From Azolla caroliniana (taxonomy: Eukaryota > Plantae > Polypodiophyta), in assembly GCA_043228905.1 (NCBI GenBank), contig JBHGNT010000010.1:19220001-19284000 (forward strand): DNA of 64,000 nt, written 5' to 3'. The notes under the pieces are model-generated. The model saw nothing but the letters and a program-made list of their open reading frames with translations. It made no database searches and was not told the DNA's origin. The position numbers and the translations under genes were made by a program. This document shows positions 26,547 through 39,094 of the stretch, one piece after another (position 1 is the stretch's first letter; each line of letters starts with the position of its first letter).

Positions 26547-27680
26547 ATGGAGCAAATCAATGGAAATGGAACTGGAGAAGGAGAAGTAGTACCTCAAAAG
26601 AAGAAGAGAGGAAGACCTCGCAAATCTGATCAGCTTATAGTTGGATCCGCAGAGAAAAAAGTAAATAAAGTAGAGACTAAGAAGAATACTTTGGATTCAA
26701 ATTCAACGAAAGGTGGATCAAAGACAAAGAAGAGTATGAATATGATGTCACCAAACCTAGCTATGACAGAAGAAGGACAGGTATCAGAAGTAAAAAGACC
26801 TTTTGTGGGTCGTTCAGTTCATGGAGTTGTTGACGGATGCTTTGATTCGGGTTATTTGGTCACAATTCGAGTTAAAGATACAAATATAGTCTATCGGGGT
26901 GTTGTTTTTGGGCCTGGAATCTCTGTTCCTGTTGAGAATGGTAGAGATATGGTTAACAATAAGGATGGATTAACGTTGCAAGCTAGCAAAGATGATAATG
27001 AAGAAGAAGAGCTTGACAGGGAAGATGGATTAAACATGGAAGAGCAGCAAGTTATGGAGAATGAAGATGAAGAAGATAGAGAAGAAGGAGAAGAAGGAGA
27101 AGAGGAAGAAGGAGAAGAAGAAGAAGAAGCGTCAGAATCTCCACCAATAGGTGAAGCATCAAATTTTAGGGTTTATAACAATCATTTGCTGACACAAATG
27201 CAAACACAAAGACAAATGATTGCTCAGACTACTCAGATACCTTTCCAAACACCTTCAGGGTCTGCTTTCAAACCTCTTTCAACTAGCACAGTTTTGTCTT
27301 CAATTGGATCGGGATCAGCCACATTGCTTGGTAATGCTAATGCTAATGCTTATTCGAATGCTACTGCATATGCTTATGCTAATGCCAACGCTCCTAATGT
27401 CAACATTAATGCTACTGATTTTACACCAGAAGCAGCTTTCCGAGCTTCTCCTTTCGATCAAGAAATGCTGAGATTTATGTATCCAGGAGGTCTCCCTGAA
27501 CCTCAGGTTTACCCTAACCACCCTATCATGAGTAACCCTAGTACTATAAATAGTGGAATTTATAGACAAGTTCCTTTCCCTGTGCCTTCATCTTCTTCAA
27601 CTTTAACTAATCAGTATAATGCCTCTCCTGATGTTTCTTTGAACCCTCATGTTCCTCCTCATCCTACCTCTGATTTATGA
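26547..27680 (+). CDS. AT-hook protein of the METABOLIC NETWORK MODULATOR 1 (MNM1)-like family, 377 aa, single coding exon
   Basis: The AT-hook KKKRGRPRK is followed by the family-typical block VGRSVHGVVDGCFDSGYLVTIRV..YRGVVFGPG.SVPV, then an acidic tract and a low-complexity tail. The first in-frame ATG is at 26547, after an intron acceptor. Confidence 0.85.
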   Translation: MEQINGNGTGEGEVVPQKKKRGRPRKSDQLIVGSAEKKVNKVETKKNTLDSNSTKGGSKTKKSMNMMSPNLAMTEEGQVSEVKRPFVGRSVHGVVDGCFDSGYLVTIRVKDTNIVYRGVVFGPGISVPVENGRDMVNNKDGLTLQASKDDNEEEELDREDGLNMEEQQVMENEDEEDREEGEEGEEEEGEEEEEASESPPIGEASNFRVYNNHLLTQMQTQRQMIAQTTQIPFQTPSGSAFKPLSTSTVLSSIGSGSATLLGNANANAYSNATAYAYANANAPNVNINATDFTPEAAFRASPFDQEMLRFMYPGGLPEPQVYPNHPIMSNPSTINSGIYRQVPFPVPSSSSTLTNQYNASPDVSLNPHVPPHPTSDL

Positions 27681-28909
27681 TGAAATCGTGATGTTTGTGA
27701 TATCTTCAATTTGAGCTCCTGTTTTGTTTGTCGAGTTCTCCATTAACTAACAGAAGGGAAGAGTGAAGAGGTTTTCTTTTCACGATGAGACGTCTCTGTC
27801 CATCATCTCTTTGAATTCCTACTCATTTGAATTCTTGTCATTAACTTGACCTAGTCACAGTGTCCTTGAAACCACAGCTGATTCTCACTGAGAATGTATT
27901 GATTTGAATCATTCTGGTTCAGAATGTATGAGTATGGATTCTCAAGAGGGTTAGATGGTGCTTAACCATCTATTTCACACACAAAGGAAGAGCTATTATT
28001 AATGGTAAGCTTTTTTTAATTCAATTAGTGGAATTAGAATTGAGGGAACATCCCTAATGATAATTAATGAGCTAAATTATTATTGCTTTTTAATCACAAA
28101 TTGGAGGCTCACATTGAAGCACATCTTTTGTTCTGAAGTTGCAGAGAATTATTCATTGGAAAACTCAGATTTGTACTCAGATGATATACTATATTATATA
28201 AGGCATTGGAATTTGTACTCAGATTGGAAAGCTCATCAATCAGTGTAAAACTGGCGTTTTTTATGTTAATCCTTCCTTTTCTTTCCGAAAGTTTTACTTG
28301 GCTTTATTATTCCTTATATCTTATATGTGCATTTCTTTTAGAGAATCCTTCTTGTTCTCAAAAGACTATCGAGCTTTCTTAAATCAATGAGAAGCTCGTG
28401 GCCACAAGGATATAATGTTAAAACAGCAATCCTCAATTCTGGACGGCCACTACACTCTTTTTTAATGTTTTAAAGTTGTGTAATGTTCACACACAAAACA
28501 TGGATCCAATATTTAAAAGTGTAATATTCACAATAATAGCAGTTTCGTTTGGTAATTCTCCGATTGTTCATGTTTTTCCAAATGACAAGGTCTTCATTCT
28601 TCAATACTTCTTGAGAATGGGATATTTCTGGTATGTTCATGGCAACAAATATCATTTAATTCAAATCTCAAGTAAGAGTTGGTTCCTTCTCTAGCTAATT
28701 GTCTTAACTATCTTTGAGAAGCCCATTTCCCACTCAACCTATTAAAGTGACAATGCGAGCCACAATTTGTATGGGTTGTGTAAACACCCATTGTCTTTGT
28801 CTTTGTGTCAAATAACAATGTGAGAAAACTTATAGAATCTAAGAATTGTACCTCCAAATTTGTCGAGGAATCGAGCATTGCATGAAATAATAAGTTCTTT
28901 CTTGCACTT

Positions 28910-29104
28910 CGGAATTGTCAACAATTTAGTTTTGGCTTAATTGGTTTGGCCCATAATGGTTCGGTTCAGCTTGAGCAATCCCAACCCAAGCTCAAACCGG
29001 TTAAGGAAGCTCAAGCCTAAATCATGCCAAGCCAAACTGCCAAACCGTTTAAAAACAGTTTAACAGCTCGGTTCATGCTTGAGTCGAGCCATTGTCGACT
29101 ACTA
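28910..29104. mobile_element. Non-autonomous hAT-like MITE, degenerate copy related to 58747-58937
   Basis: Shares AAACCG(G)TTAAGG(A/C)AGCTCAAGCCTAA and GCTTGAG(T/C)CGAGCC..TTG.CGA...CTA with the 58.8-kb copy. Confidence 0.55.
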
Positions 29105-30619
29105 CTTCCACTTAAACAATGCAAATAAGCAATTGTTTGTTTCTAGTCCAAATATCTTTAGGGCTAATCCCAGAGCCAAATCCACAATCAATACTCTCTA
29201 AATGAAGAATTTTGCTAGAAGTGACAAATTAAAATGCCAATGATGTTTCAAGATATTCTATCATCCATAATCAAAGTTACCTACCTTCAATTCTTGCTCA
29301 ACTGTAGATGATAGCCGTTGAAAGAGACTCAATGGAGCAACAGTATAAGAGATTAATAGTCACTTGGCCAAAGGATGCACAATATTTGTCATGCTTCAAC
29401 AAACTCCAAAATTCTTTGACGTTGAGCTTCAACTACATCTCCCACCTTTTTCACCCCCAAATGAAACAAGCGATTAAACTGAGAATGCAATATTTGTAAT
29501 TACAACACAAGATAATAATTGAGAAGGCACAAGTAACTCTTTTTGCAAAGAATTGCAATCCTCTCAACTTGATAGTGGTGTCTAAAGATGTAATGAGAGT
29601 GCTTCAAGCTATGAGACAATCAAGTATTGGACACATGAAGAATGAGGAGTTTTAAGTAAAATACTTTTAATATGTAATTACCACTACGATAGCTTAATTG
29701 ATGTCTCCCACCGGTGTTATACCCTCATTCTCAATGAAATATTGGACAAAATACATCCATGGTTGTAAGTGTGAACACATGTCTTCCAATAATAAAAATC
29801 AATAAGCCCTCATATCATAGATAAGTCCAATATTATCACTCCCCGTAAGGATCTTGGGCGTTGCTAGATGGTTCCATGCAACCACCCATGTGATTCCTAT
29901 GCTATCCTATTTCTCCACAAGGAGATAACTACAATCTCCTACCATCTCCAAAAAGTGAAGACACAAATTTCGAAACTTGTATTTTGTTCTTACATATTCG
30001 AAAATAACGTTTTAAAGTAGACAAATTTCTCACCTCATTTCAAATAATGTGTCATTGGCAACACAATAGTGTAGTTGTGCATGTGCGTGTGCCTACACAT
30101 AAATACAAACACACACACACACACACACACGTGCATGCACATGCATACATCCATACATCCATACATAATACATGCGCATGAACCCCCCCTCCCAAAAACA
30201 CACTTGTAAATTTACATAAATACATGCATGTGTTCATGCACATACACATATACATGTAAACATAGTACGTAAAATTTGTGTTCGTCTAGCATAACATTCG
30301 TTTTCCTACATTGGAAAACGAATGCGAATGTTATTCAAACATTCTTGTATTTTTTTGTTTTATTTCCCTTTCTTAAAGATTTTTTTTGTTTTTTAAGGTT
30401 TATTTACCTCATAATAAATAGTTAATCCAAAAGTATGGTATTTACCATTCTTGAAGGGTGTTTACCATGAATGCGCGTATGGTACGTATGGTTCATACTA
30501 TGCATGTAAATATATCCATGCATATTCAACTATGTAAACTCTACGTGTGTTACACCCAAGTTCATGTCTTCGTAATACTAAAGTTGTATCTCCACACCAA
30601 TAATGTTGATTGATATTGT

Positions 30620-30922
30620 ATTCGTGACAGACCAGGCTAGGGAAATTGTCAATCACCCTCAATCCTCTAACTTCACAAACCCTAACCTCACAAATTCTCA
30701 CTCACGCCTCACTAATAGAATCCTAATAAAAAAGTTAACATATGCCTTACAAAGGCCAAAGTGTTAAGTACATACACACATGGAAGTAAACATTACTCAT
30801 GAGAAACACTACCACACCTTGATCAAATAAGGAAGTCACTCAACACATAACATAGGAGGATTAGGGTTTGGCTAATTAGCAATTAACTCTAATCCCTCAA
30901 CTTACAATGAGTGTATGGAAGT

Positions 30923-30958
<36 letters not shown>

Positions 30959-31070
30959 CTAGCTTAGGTTATAATGGAAGAGAAAGTTAATGAACATAGT
31001 TTAAGCTAAAAAGTCACAAAAAGTAACTTTTATTACTCTTTTACAAAGGTTGCCCTCAGGGCAATACTAG
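30620..31070 (+). mobile_element. Non-autonomous Helitron-like element (3' terminus clear, 5' end approximate)
   Basis: The hairpin TTGCCC-TCA-GGGCAA (31050-31064) is followed closely by CTAG|T (31067-31071), a Helitron-type 3' end. Confidence 0.5.
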
Positions 31071-31194
31071 TGTTGATGTTTATGTCTTCATGGGTCATGC
31101 TACGTACCATAGGTACTTAATAGTTGCATGCATCCATGATTAATGCATGGATGGTGTAACTACATGTATAGATGGATGGATGAATGTGTGTGTG

Positions 31195-31330
31195 CATGTG
31201 CGTATGTATGATTAATGCATGGATGGATGGATGGATGCATGTGTATGTGTATGTATGTATGTATGTATGTATGTATGTATGTATGTATGTATGTATGTAT
31301 GTATGTATGTATGTATGTATGTATGTATGT
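31195..31330. repeat. (TATG)n microsatellite with (GGAT)n flank
   Basis: A long, nearly perfect TATG run at about 31248-31330. Confidence 0.9.
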
Positions 31331-32319
31331 TTACATGTGTGCGGGTGAGTAGGCATGGGCGTGTGTATGTGTGTGTGGTGCATATGTAAAAGAGTATGTT
31401 GTCTTAGACATGATTAAAATTAAACTCTATCTTTTGAATCCTAACCTCTAGTTTGTGAGACTTTTGATCCACTTCATGCTCAAGCCATTCTATGATGTCA
31501 CCATATTCATTATCAGGCATGGTTTAAAAATCTTGAGAGCTCTTTATAAAGACTATTCAATCTTTGTTTTCTAGAACATGTCATCTTGTGTAGATTAGGA
31601 CCCATCTTCTTAGCATTATCATCAAGGAAGTCACATTCTATGGACACAGTCTCAAGGCTAGGATCTTATACTCTAGTTCTTGGAAAACCTCACAAGATGC
31701 ATCATACTTTTGTGGTGACACATCATTGGATTTCACCAACTCAACATATTTACTATGGAACTCAACTGTACTAGAATCCAATGCGTTGATCCAAACAAAA
31801 GCATTCTTCATCTTGTCCTTCACATCTTCAATTTCTTCTTTGATCTACTTATCTTGCTGTTTGATTTTGTCTTGTTTCTTATTTATATTGTCAATATAGC
31901 TTTACATCTTAGTTGAACCTTGCTTATGCTCTCTTAGATTCATGAGCCAACCCATGCTTCACATAAAAGCTTCCTAAAACCATTGTCTTGTCCAACATTT
32001 GCCATAGTTAATGGCCGACCTATTGTTGAGTCTAAGTCAATTCATGTAGTTCTTGGTCAACTAGGTTGTGTGATTTCATTCAATATACATATGCCACAAT
32101 GTTGAAAATCCAAATGGCCTTGTTCTACCTTGGTTTAGGCTTCACAATCTAGAGATTGATTGAGGAAAACCGCTAGAATCACAAAAAACCACACCTAACT
32201 TCCCTATTGTTCGAAACTCAAGTCTAGTGCATCATTAGATCTCAACAATCTCTTTATAAAGGCTACTTAAAGATGGAGAAAAAGAAGAAATGTTTATATT
32301 TTTGCAGTGATAACAATGC

Positions 32320-32588
32320 GATCCCCTAGGCTTCCACAAAAAAAATGGCAACCGTCCATCTAAGTATGAAGACTTTAAAGATATCCTTGATAAGAACAAG
32401 GCTAATATCAAAACATCGACCTTACGATTGTCCTATTGATCTTCAACTAATGAAAGACCCACAATGGAACCAATTTATAATCTAGTGCCATTAGAGCTCA
32501 AGGTTTTTAGAGAAATTTCAAGTGGATTCATTCTTTGTTTGGAAGACAGATGGATCACTTTGCTTGGTTGTAAATTGTTCAGGCTTAA
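32320..32588 (+). mobile_element. Ty3/gypsy (chromovirus, Tcn1-like) pol fragment
   Basis: The frameshifted translation PSKYEDFKDILDK..HRPYDCPIDLQ..PIYNL.PLELKV..LFVWKTDGSLCLVVNCSGLN matches the start of a gypsy RT. Confidence 0.7.
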
Positions 32589-33507
32589 TGTTAGGCCAAA
32601 AGTCCTAGTCTACCCACTTGTATCCTAGTGTGAACACACTTATTAAGTTAGGTCTTAATTACCTCCACTATAAATAAGGGGAATTAATTCTTTGTATTAA
32701 GTTCAGGGGGATTTTAATGTAATAGTCACCTTGAGCTCCAACTAACTTTCTCTCTATCTATTGTGCATTATCTTTGTTGAGATTAGAACAATGTATTAAT
32801 CGTATTCTACTTGTGATTTGTTTGCTCATTCCATTGACAAGATCCATATAGTATTCGGCATAAGATGACCAATCAAATACTAGTCGACTCAAGGCACACA
32901 TTCCATCAACAAAATGGTATCATAACGATGTTGGAACTCAGTAGCATCAATACAAGAAGAGGAAACATTTTTGAAGGAAAAGGTCTGGGCCAACCAAGAC
33001 CTTCATAAGAACTATGGTTTCGACATCTACCACAGGCTGCGAAATACGTAAGTTTGACTGCAAAAATTCTGCCCTTCAGAAGGAAATGATGCAAGACGTG
33101 TTGATCATCAAACGCCAAATAGAGGCGATTCAGAACAACAGTAAGCCGACAATGATGATAACATAAGAATGGCAAACACTCGATGAAATAGCGAGGTTGA
33201 CCATCTGAATGCACTTAGACGAGAACGTCTACATTCTCCCTATGACCAAGGGGACGACTACATTCTCCCTATGGGAGAAATTACAATCAATATACGAAAA
33301 GAAGTCATGCTCTTGAAACTCATCCTAATTCGGCAATTCTTCAATATGAAGATGAGGGAAACCGAGCCAACAACCTCCCATATCAACACCTTCAGTAGGG
33401 TGTTGACTGAAATCTCCTTGCAAGGCTTGAATTTCGAAGAAGAAATCAAAGCATTTGCACTTCTCTCGAGTCTCTTGACAAGTTGGGAAATTTTTGTACA
33501 ACCATCT
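32589..33507 (+). mobile_element. Truncated copia of the element A family: LTR 32589-32911, PBS and gag fragment
   Basis: LTR TGTTAGG...TCAACA shares CCAC(T)TTGTATCCT(T)AGTGTGAA with the element A LTR. PBS-like TGGTATCATAAC lies at 32915. The gag segment KLILIRQFFNMKMRETEPTTSHINTF is nearly identical to that at 14075-14160. Confidence 0.8.
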
Positions 33508-34220
33508 TGTTGAAAGACAAGCTCAACATGGGCCGAATCGGCTAAAGGAGAAAAGGGGCCAGAGAGCGCGGGAACGGGGCTGTGCACGTATGCACACGAA
33601 CTAGTCTTTATGTACAAACTTGTGTAAATACTTATGTGCGTTGAATACTAGGTAGGGTGATTTAATAAAGTACTTTACATCCCACACGTATAGAGAGGAG
33701 TTAGAGATATGATGTGAGAGAATCAAGGAGAGAATCTGAGTGAAAAGTAGTTGTCTTTACAGCTGATGTAAACGGTTTCACCCTCGTCTAGTTATAAAAG
33801 GAGGAGAGAGAAGATTGAGAGGGGATCGAGGAATTGGAGAACGAAGTGTTGCCGGACCGAGCTTTGCAGGCTTCCCTCCTATTCTCCGTTTTCTGGTTTC
33901 CCTGTCAATGTGCTGCGAGGCCTCCGTTTCACGTTGGTAGCCTGTGTGCACCCGATCAGAGGCTCGCTAATGTCTACGTGCGTGTGTGTTTGTAGTGACC
34001 TCGAAGCTCTTTGTCGACCACGTCTGGTTGTAATCTTTCCTATTTTCTCTTATGATCGTTAGTTCACTGAGTGCCTCATTGTGTTTGTGTTTTCCCATGT
34101 ACTTGTCACTACTCTACTCTTGTTGAGTTTGCGTGTCCGAGTGATTGAGCTCGTGAGCTCGTCGTTGCCATCCGCATGTTGAACTTGTGTTTTATTCTCC
34201 TCCGCATGTTGAACTTGTTG
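33508..34220 (+). mobile_element. Probable LTR of an unrelated retroelement interrupting the gag fragment
   Basis: There is an abrupt switch at TGTTGAAAG, an internal TATAAAAGGAGG, and a GA-rich then T/G-rich LTR-like organisation. I could not resolve the right boundary or a TSD. Confidence 0.5.
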
Positions 34221-34682
34221 ATGGTCCAAAATATGAGGTGAAAACTACTTTCGACTCCAAGGTTGTGAACAATAAATTATATTACTTGGTTGAATGGTTA
34301 AGTTTATATGCTTAGCGATTGAATGTGGGGGTCTTTTGAAAATATCCCTAATGCCATAGAAGTTATAACAGAATTTCATCATCAATATTCCAATAAGGTA
34401 TCATTTTATATATAAATTTATTAATTTCTTATAGATAATCTAGCCCATAAATGTGATATTATGAAATACCACATCATTCATGTCAACATATGATAGCCAA
34501 ACAACATACTTCCATGAACAAGTGGTGATCATGATGTAAAGTAGCGAACATACATAGGGTGCTTTTGTCATTGATGAACTATTCCGTTTCAATGCCAGTC
34601 TTCACCATATTCTTGTAGTCTTATTCTTCTTGTTAATATCATTACATTCTCCTCTTATTTTGATGAATCCATTTGTCTTCTT

Positions 34683-34890
34683 AGAGAGGAAAGGCTATGT
34701 AGGTTATGTCACATAGAGGTGGAGGATGAGTATCACTTTACATGCAAGTGTCCAACTTATGTTGAGATAAGGGTAGAATACCAAGACATATAAGGACCCT
34801 CTCCAATCTATTAGATATCTCGGATATAAAGAGACTAGGTAGGTATATATTAGAGCTAAAACAACATAGGGAGAATAAATTACAAAGTGT
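34683..34890 (+). mobile_element. LINE ORF2 C-terminal zinc-knuckle fragment (5'-truncated LINE)
   Basis: The translation REERLCRLCHIEVEDEYHFTCKCPTYVEIR is the CCHC motif typical of the end of non-LTR ORF2. Confidence 0.7.
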
Positions 34891-35382
34891 TAACCATAAC
34901 CCTTTTAATATTCATCAAAATGTAACTAGTGTAAATTTTCAAGAACAGGGGAAGACGGTGAATGTGGATACACTTACACCACTCGGCCTCTCTCTTGAGG
35001 AAGCAGAAATGCAAAGAACAACCAAACACCCTCGGATGTTGGGCTTCAAAACTACTCGACATGGAGTAGAAACGATTAAGAAGAAAAGGGAATGTGAGCT
35101 ATGCTGACAAGAAGCTATGGTTGGGGTACCTTTTACATTGGGACCACGGACCACATCCACATCGAAACCCTTTGACCTCCCGCTTCTTTTCGAGAGACTT
35201 GGATGGAAATGAAACTAGACCTAGTATAAAGCCATTTCATTAAGTTTGATTTATTTATTTTACTTTCGATGAATGGGTAAATATCCCATTTTTGTTGTAA
35301 ACCAATTCTCTCATGGGCCAATTTTGGCCTTATAAAAGGCTAATATCTCTCTCTCCCTCCCTCCCTCTCTCTTTTTATTTAT

Positions 35383-36112
35383 TTATCGTAATTAGCTTCC
35401 CCTAGTGGTAAGTTGCTAATATCTCTCTCTCTCCCTCCCTCCCTCCCTCCCTCTCTTTTTTTATTATTGTAATTAGCTTACCCTAGTGGTAAGTTGTTAA
35501 CACTACAAGCATTGTGTCTTAGGTTCGAAACCCAATTTTCTCACTTCTCTCTATTATATATCTTGAGAGATCAAGCTCAACTTAGTTTAGTTAGTTAGTC
35601 AACCATGTAACTTCGTAGTTACCTAGATAGAATCTAGTTAGAAGTGTTGACTATAACGCCTTAAATAGGACCTTGTACTTAAGTGGGATATTCTAGATCC
35701 TCCACTCCTAAGTACATTTAATATAGGACTTACACCTTAGTACCTATATTCCACTCACACATGTGCACCCTTGCACATGAGATGTATATATACCTCATTG
35801 TGGGTATTTTTGAATTTGATGATGATAATGCTAATTTAATATACTTACTCACCCCCCATCTTGTGTTGTTCATAAGTGTATCTTTCTCTCTCTCTTCCTC
35901 TCACACACATATCACATAATTTTCTGCTTATCAACTAATCACTTAATTAGGTACTAATTAACCCATACTTAATTACTTACCTAATTCTTAACAATATACT
36001 TCATATATATCTCTTAATTCACTAGATGCCATTGTGGAATGTAGGGGTTGAACCCATGACCACCTAGTCTCCATTGGGCAACCTTACCAACTGAGCTACA
36101 TCCATCTGGGCT
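35383..36112. mobile_element. Further copy of the double-headed tRNA-like SINE element, interrupted by a solo LTR
   Basis: The left arm (35466-35560) and right arm (35994-36111) align to 3995-4197. A partial left-arm duplicate lies at 35383-35420, and (CT)n follows at 36120-36189. Confidence 0.75.
35561..35993 (+). mobile_element. Solo LTR (433 bp) with 5-bp TSD ATATA
   Basis: The ends TCTTGAGA...TCTTAACA form an imperfect inverted repeat (TG mutated to TC) and are flanked by ATATA at 35556-35560 and 35994-35998. The start resembles the element B LTR start TGTTGAGAATCAAACCCAAC. Confidence 0.7.
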
Positions 36113-36117
36113 CAGTG

Positions 36118-36192
<75 letters not shown>

Positions 36193-36680
36193 AATGCATC
36201 TAAACACTTTATCTACATTGACTATATCCACGTCTTTAATTGCTTCTCTAAACCTTTGCATTCCAAATTTTGCCACAAATCTCCATCCTCTTCCACTCCA
36301 AATGTCAGCGAACCCATTCCATGGATTCCTTGAGATCACAGGTCCAGCCAAATTTGCAAGCTAGCTACTAATTTTCATGTCTAGAGCTTCCACTTGTTAA
36401 ACTTCGGGAAAGACATTGTTGACCTTCGTGTTGTTTGTCTGATTGTGCTTATATGCAAACAATACACAACCTACATAATCACTTTCAACATGCTCTGACT
36501 ATCAGAATTGTTGGCAAACAAAAGGAGACTAATCCGTTATAAATGTTGTCGTGCTTAAACAACATCACAAATTTACTGTACACTCTAATTCAGTGATCCA
36601 CCTTACACCATTTTGAGCTTGTTGGCCCCATATTTTCAATCATGAGCATGTTTCTCTCCCGATCAGAATCTACACTCTCA

Positions 36681-36920
<240 letters not shown>

Positions 36921-39058
36921 TCATCTTCACCTTGAATCCTTCCATTATATAGAAGTTGTTCATTTAATTGATGTCCATAGTAAAATTTGGCATGCATATA
37001 CGGACATGCAAAACATTAGGTCTTTGTTCGCTTAGAACTTCTAAAAGAAGTTTACATGTTGAGGGATGTTTTCACATGCTGCCAAATCCTAGTGTTTCAA
37101 ATGACAAAATGCATACTATTGTATGCATTAAAGAACACATGACATCATATGAGGTAAATCTCGGATCTGGTCCAATCCCTTTGGCAAAGAACCTCAAAAG
37201 TTTAGAGTTGTGATCATTGGATGAACAATGGGGGCCGACTACAAATGACTCCAATAACTTCACAATTGGTTGCTATATCATTGAAATCCACAAGGAATGC
37301 CTAGGAGGCAAGTGCAAATAATAGTGAAGATATGATGGTTGGGAAGTGTTAGACACCTATTAATGAAAGCTACCTAATGTTAACTCTTTGTAATCATTAG
37401 ACACATTAACTATATTGGAGATTGTGCAACATCATAATGATTGGGAAAGGTGAATGATGAGACTTTTGGAATACAAATTTGTATTTCATGGAAAATTAAG
37501 ACGTTATGCTTGCTTCTGTGTTGGAATTCACATTTTCACTACCGTATATCTACAATATTTTCTACAGAAAATTTGTACAAATAATGTTTTTACATGGAGA
37601 TATTGGGTAGTGTGCTTGAGAATAAGTCTTTGAAACTTCTAATTACATTGAAAATGTTGATGCTCCTCATGAACCACCTATTCTCTAATAAATAACTAGC
37701 TTTTCTGTAACATTCTTGATGTCTAACATTGAATAAGGAATTTGAAATTGCATTTTTCTCCATTCAATATACACAATGTGCATTGTTTATCCTTTAGTAT
37801 ACGATCTCCCTCTAAGATAGTTGTCATTACCGTCGAGCCAAAAAAGGAGAGCATATCTTTCCTAATCCTTTCTACTCCGCACAAAATGTTCACAACCACC
37901 GTGAGATCTATAACAAGCCAAATTTTGAGTATTACTCTAGTAACAAGATGTTTTCAATATAGTAGGATAATTTAACTACATGGAGATTATAATGATAATA
38001 ACAATCATTTGGTATGTAGTCCATCTATCAAAATACAATTGAGTTTGACTCATTCTATTCTCAAAGCACAATTGTCATTTCAAGGCTAGCATGTCTAGTA
38101 TGTACATCTCTATAATCTAGTAGCTTGTTTGGTATCCTTACATGCAAATTATTGTGATCCAAGTGCAATAATAGTTAAAGCTAGACAAGACTAATGAATT
38201 TGCATAAAATTTTAATACACGCTAACCATATGGAAGGTGTTCAAGTTCCAACATCATTAGCATGATTAATGAAATCAAAAGTCAGACAATAGGCTATTGA
38301 AGCGACCACGATGAAATGAGTAGACACATGACATCAAATAGTAGAGAACCAATGAGGGAAGCCTCCACTTTGAGATCCTCATGAAACTTGATTACTTTGT
38401 ATCTTAGAGGGTCACTAATTAGATGATATATGGTGTCTGCAATAAAAGTACAAACACTTAAATGCCCCAAAAGAGGACAAGCTTTTTGACATGGGTAGAT
38501 ATTGACCACTGAAAGATGTGGAAAGAATTTGATGTAGTAAAACATAATGAGAAACATGACTAGAACAATTTGAAAGAAAATACTATTTTATTCCGTAGTG
38601 AGGACTTGTACATTGACTATGTATAAAAGACCCATTTATCATAAAATTCATGAATATAACCTTTTCCCATATACTAACCTGAAATCTTATGCAAATCCCA
38701 TATTAACTTGCATGGTCAATTCCTTGTTGAAACTTCTCATGTTCTCATATATCTTCTCCCATGTTTTTGAAGAGCAACATTGCTAGGTAGGGAGTTTCAA
38801 AATCCCGTTCTCATATTGCATAACATGAAATGACATATAGAAAACATTCCATGTTTTAGAATTGTTAATTCTTGGTCATGTTCAAAACACAAGTGTTGCA
38901 TTAAATTAGTGTTAACTTTGTATGTTGTGTGAGTTGGGACATACAGTACAAGATTAATTGACAATTCTATGCACAGTAGTCTTGAAATTGACTTTATTCA
39001 ACAAAGCAAATGGTCATGGACACCCACCATAATATATAATGTGGTTAGGATATATATT

Positions 39059-39094
<36 letters not shown>

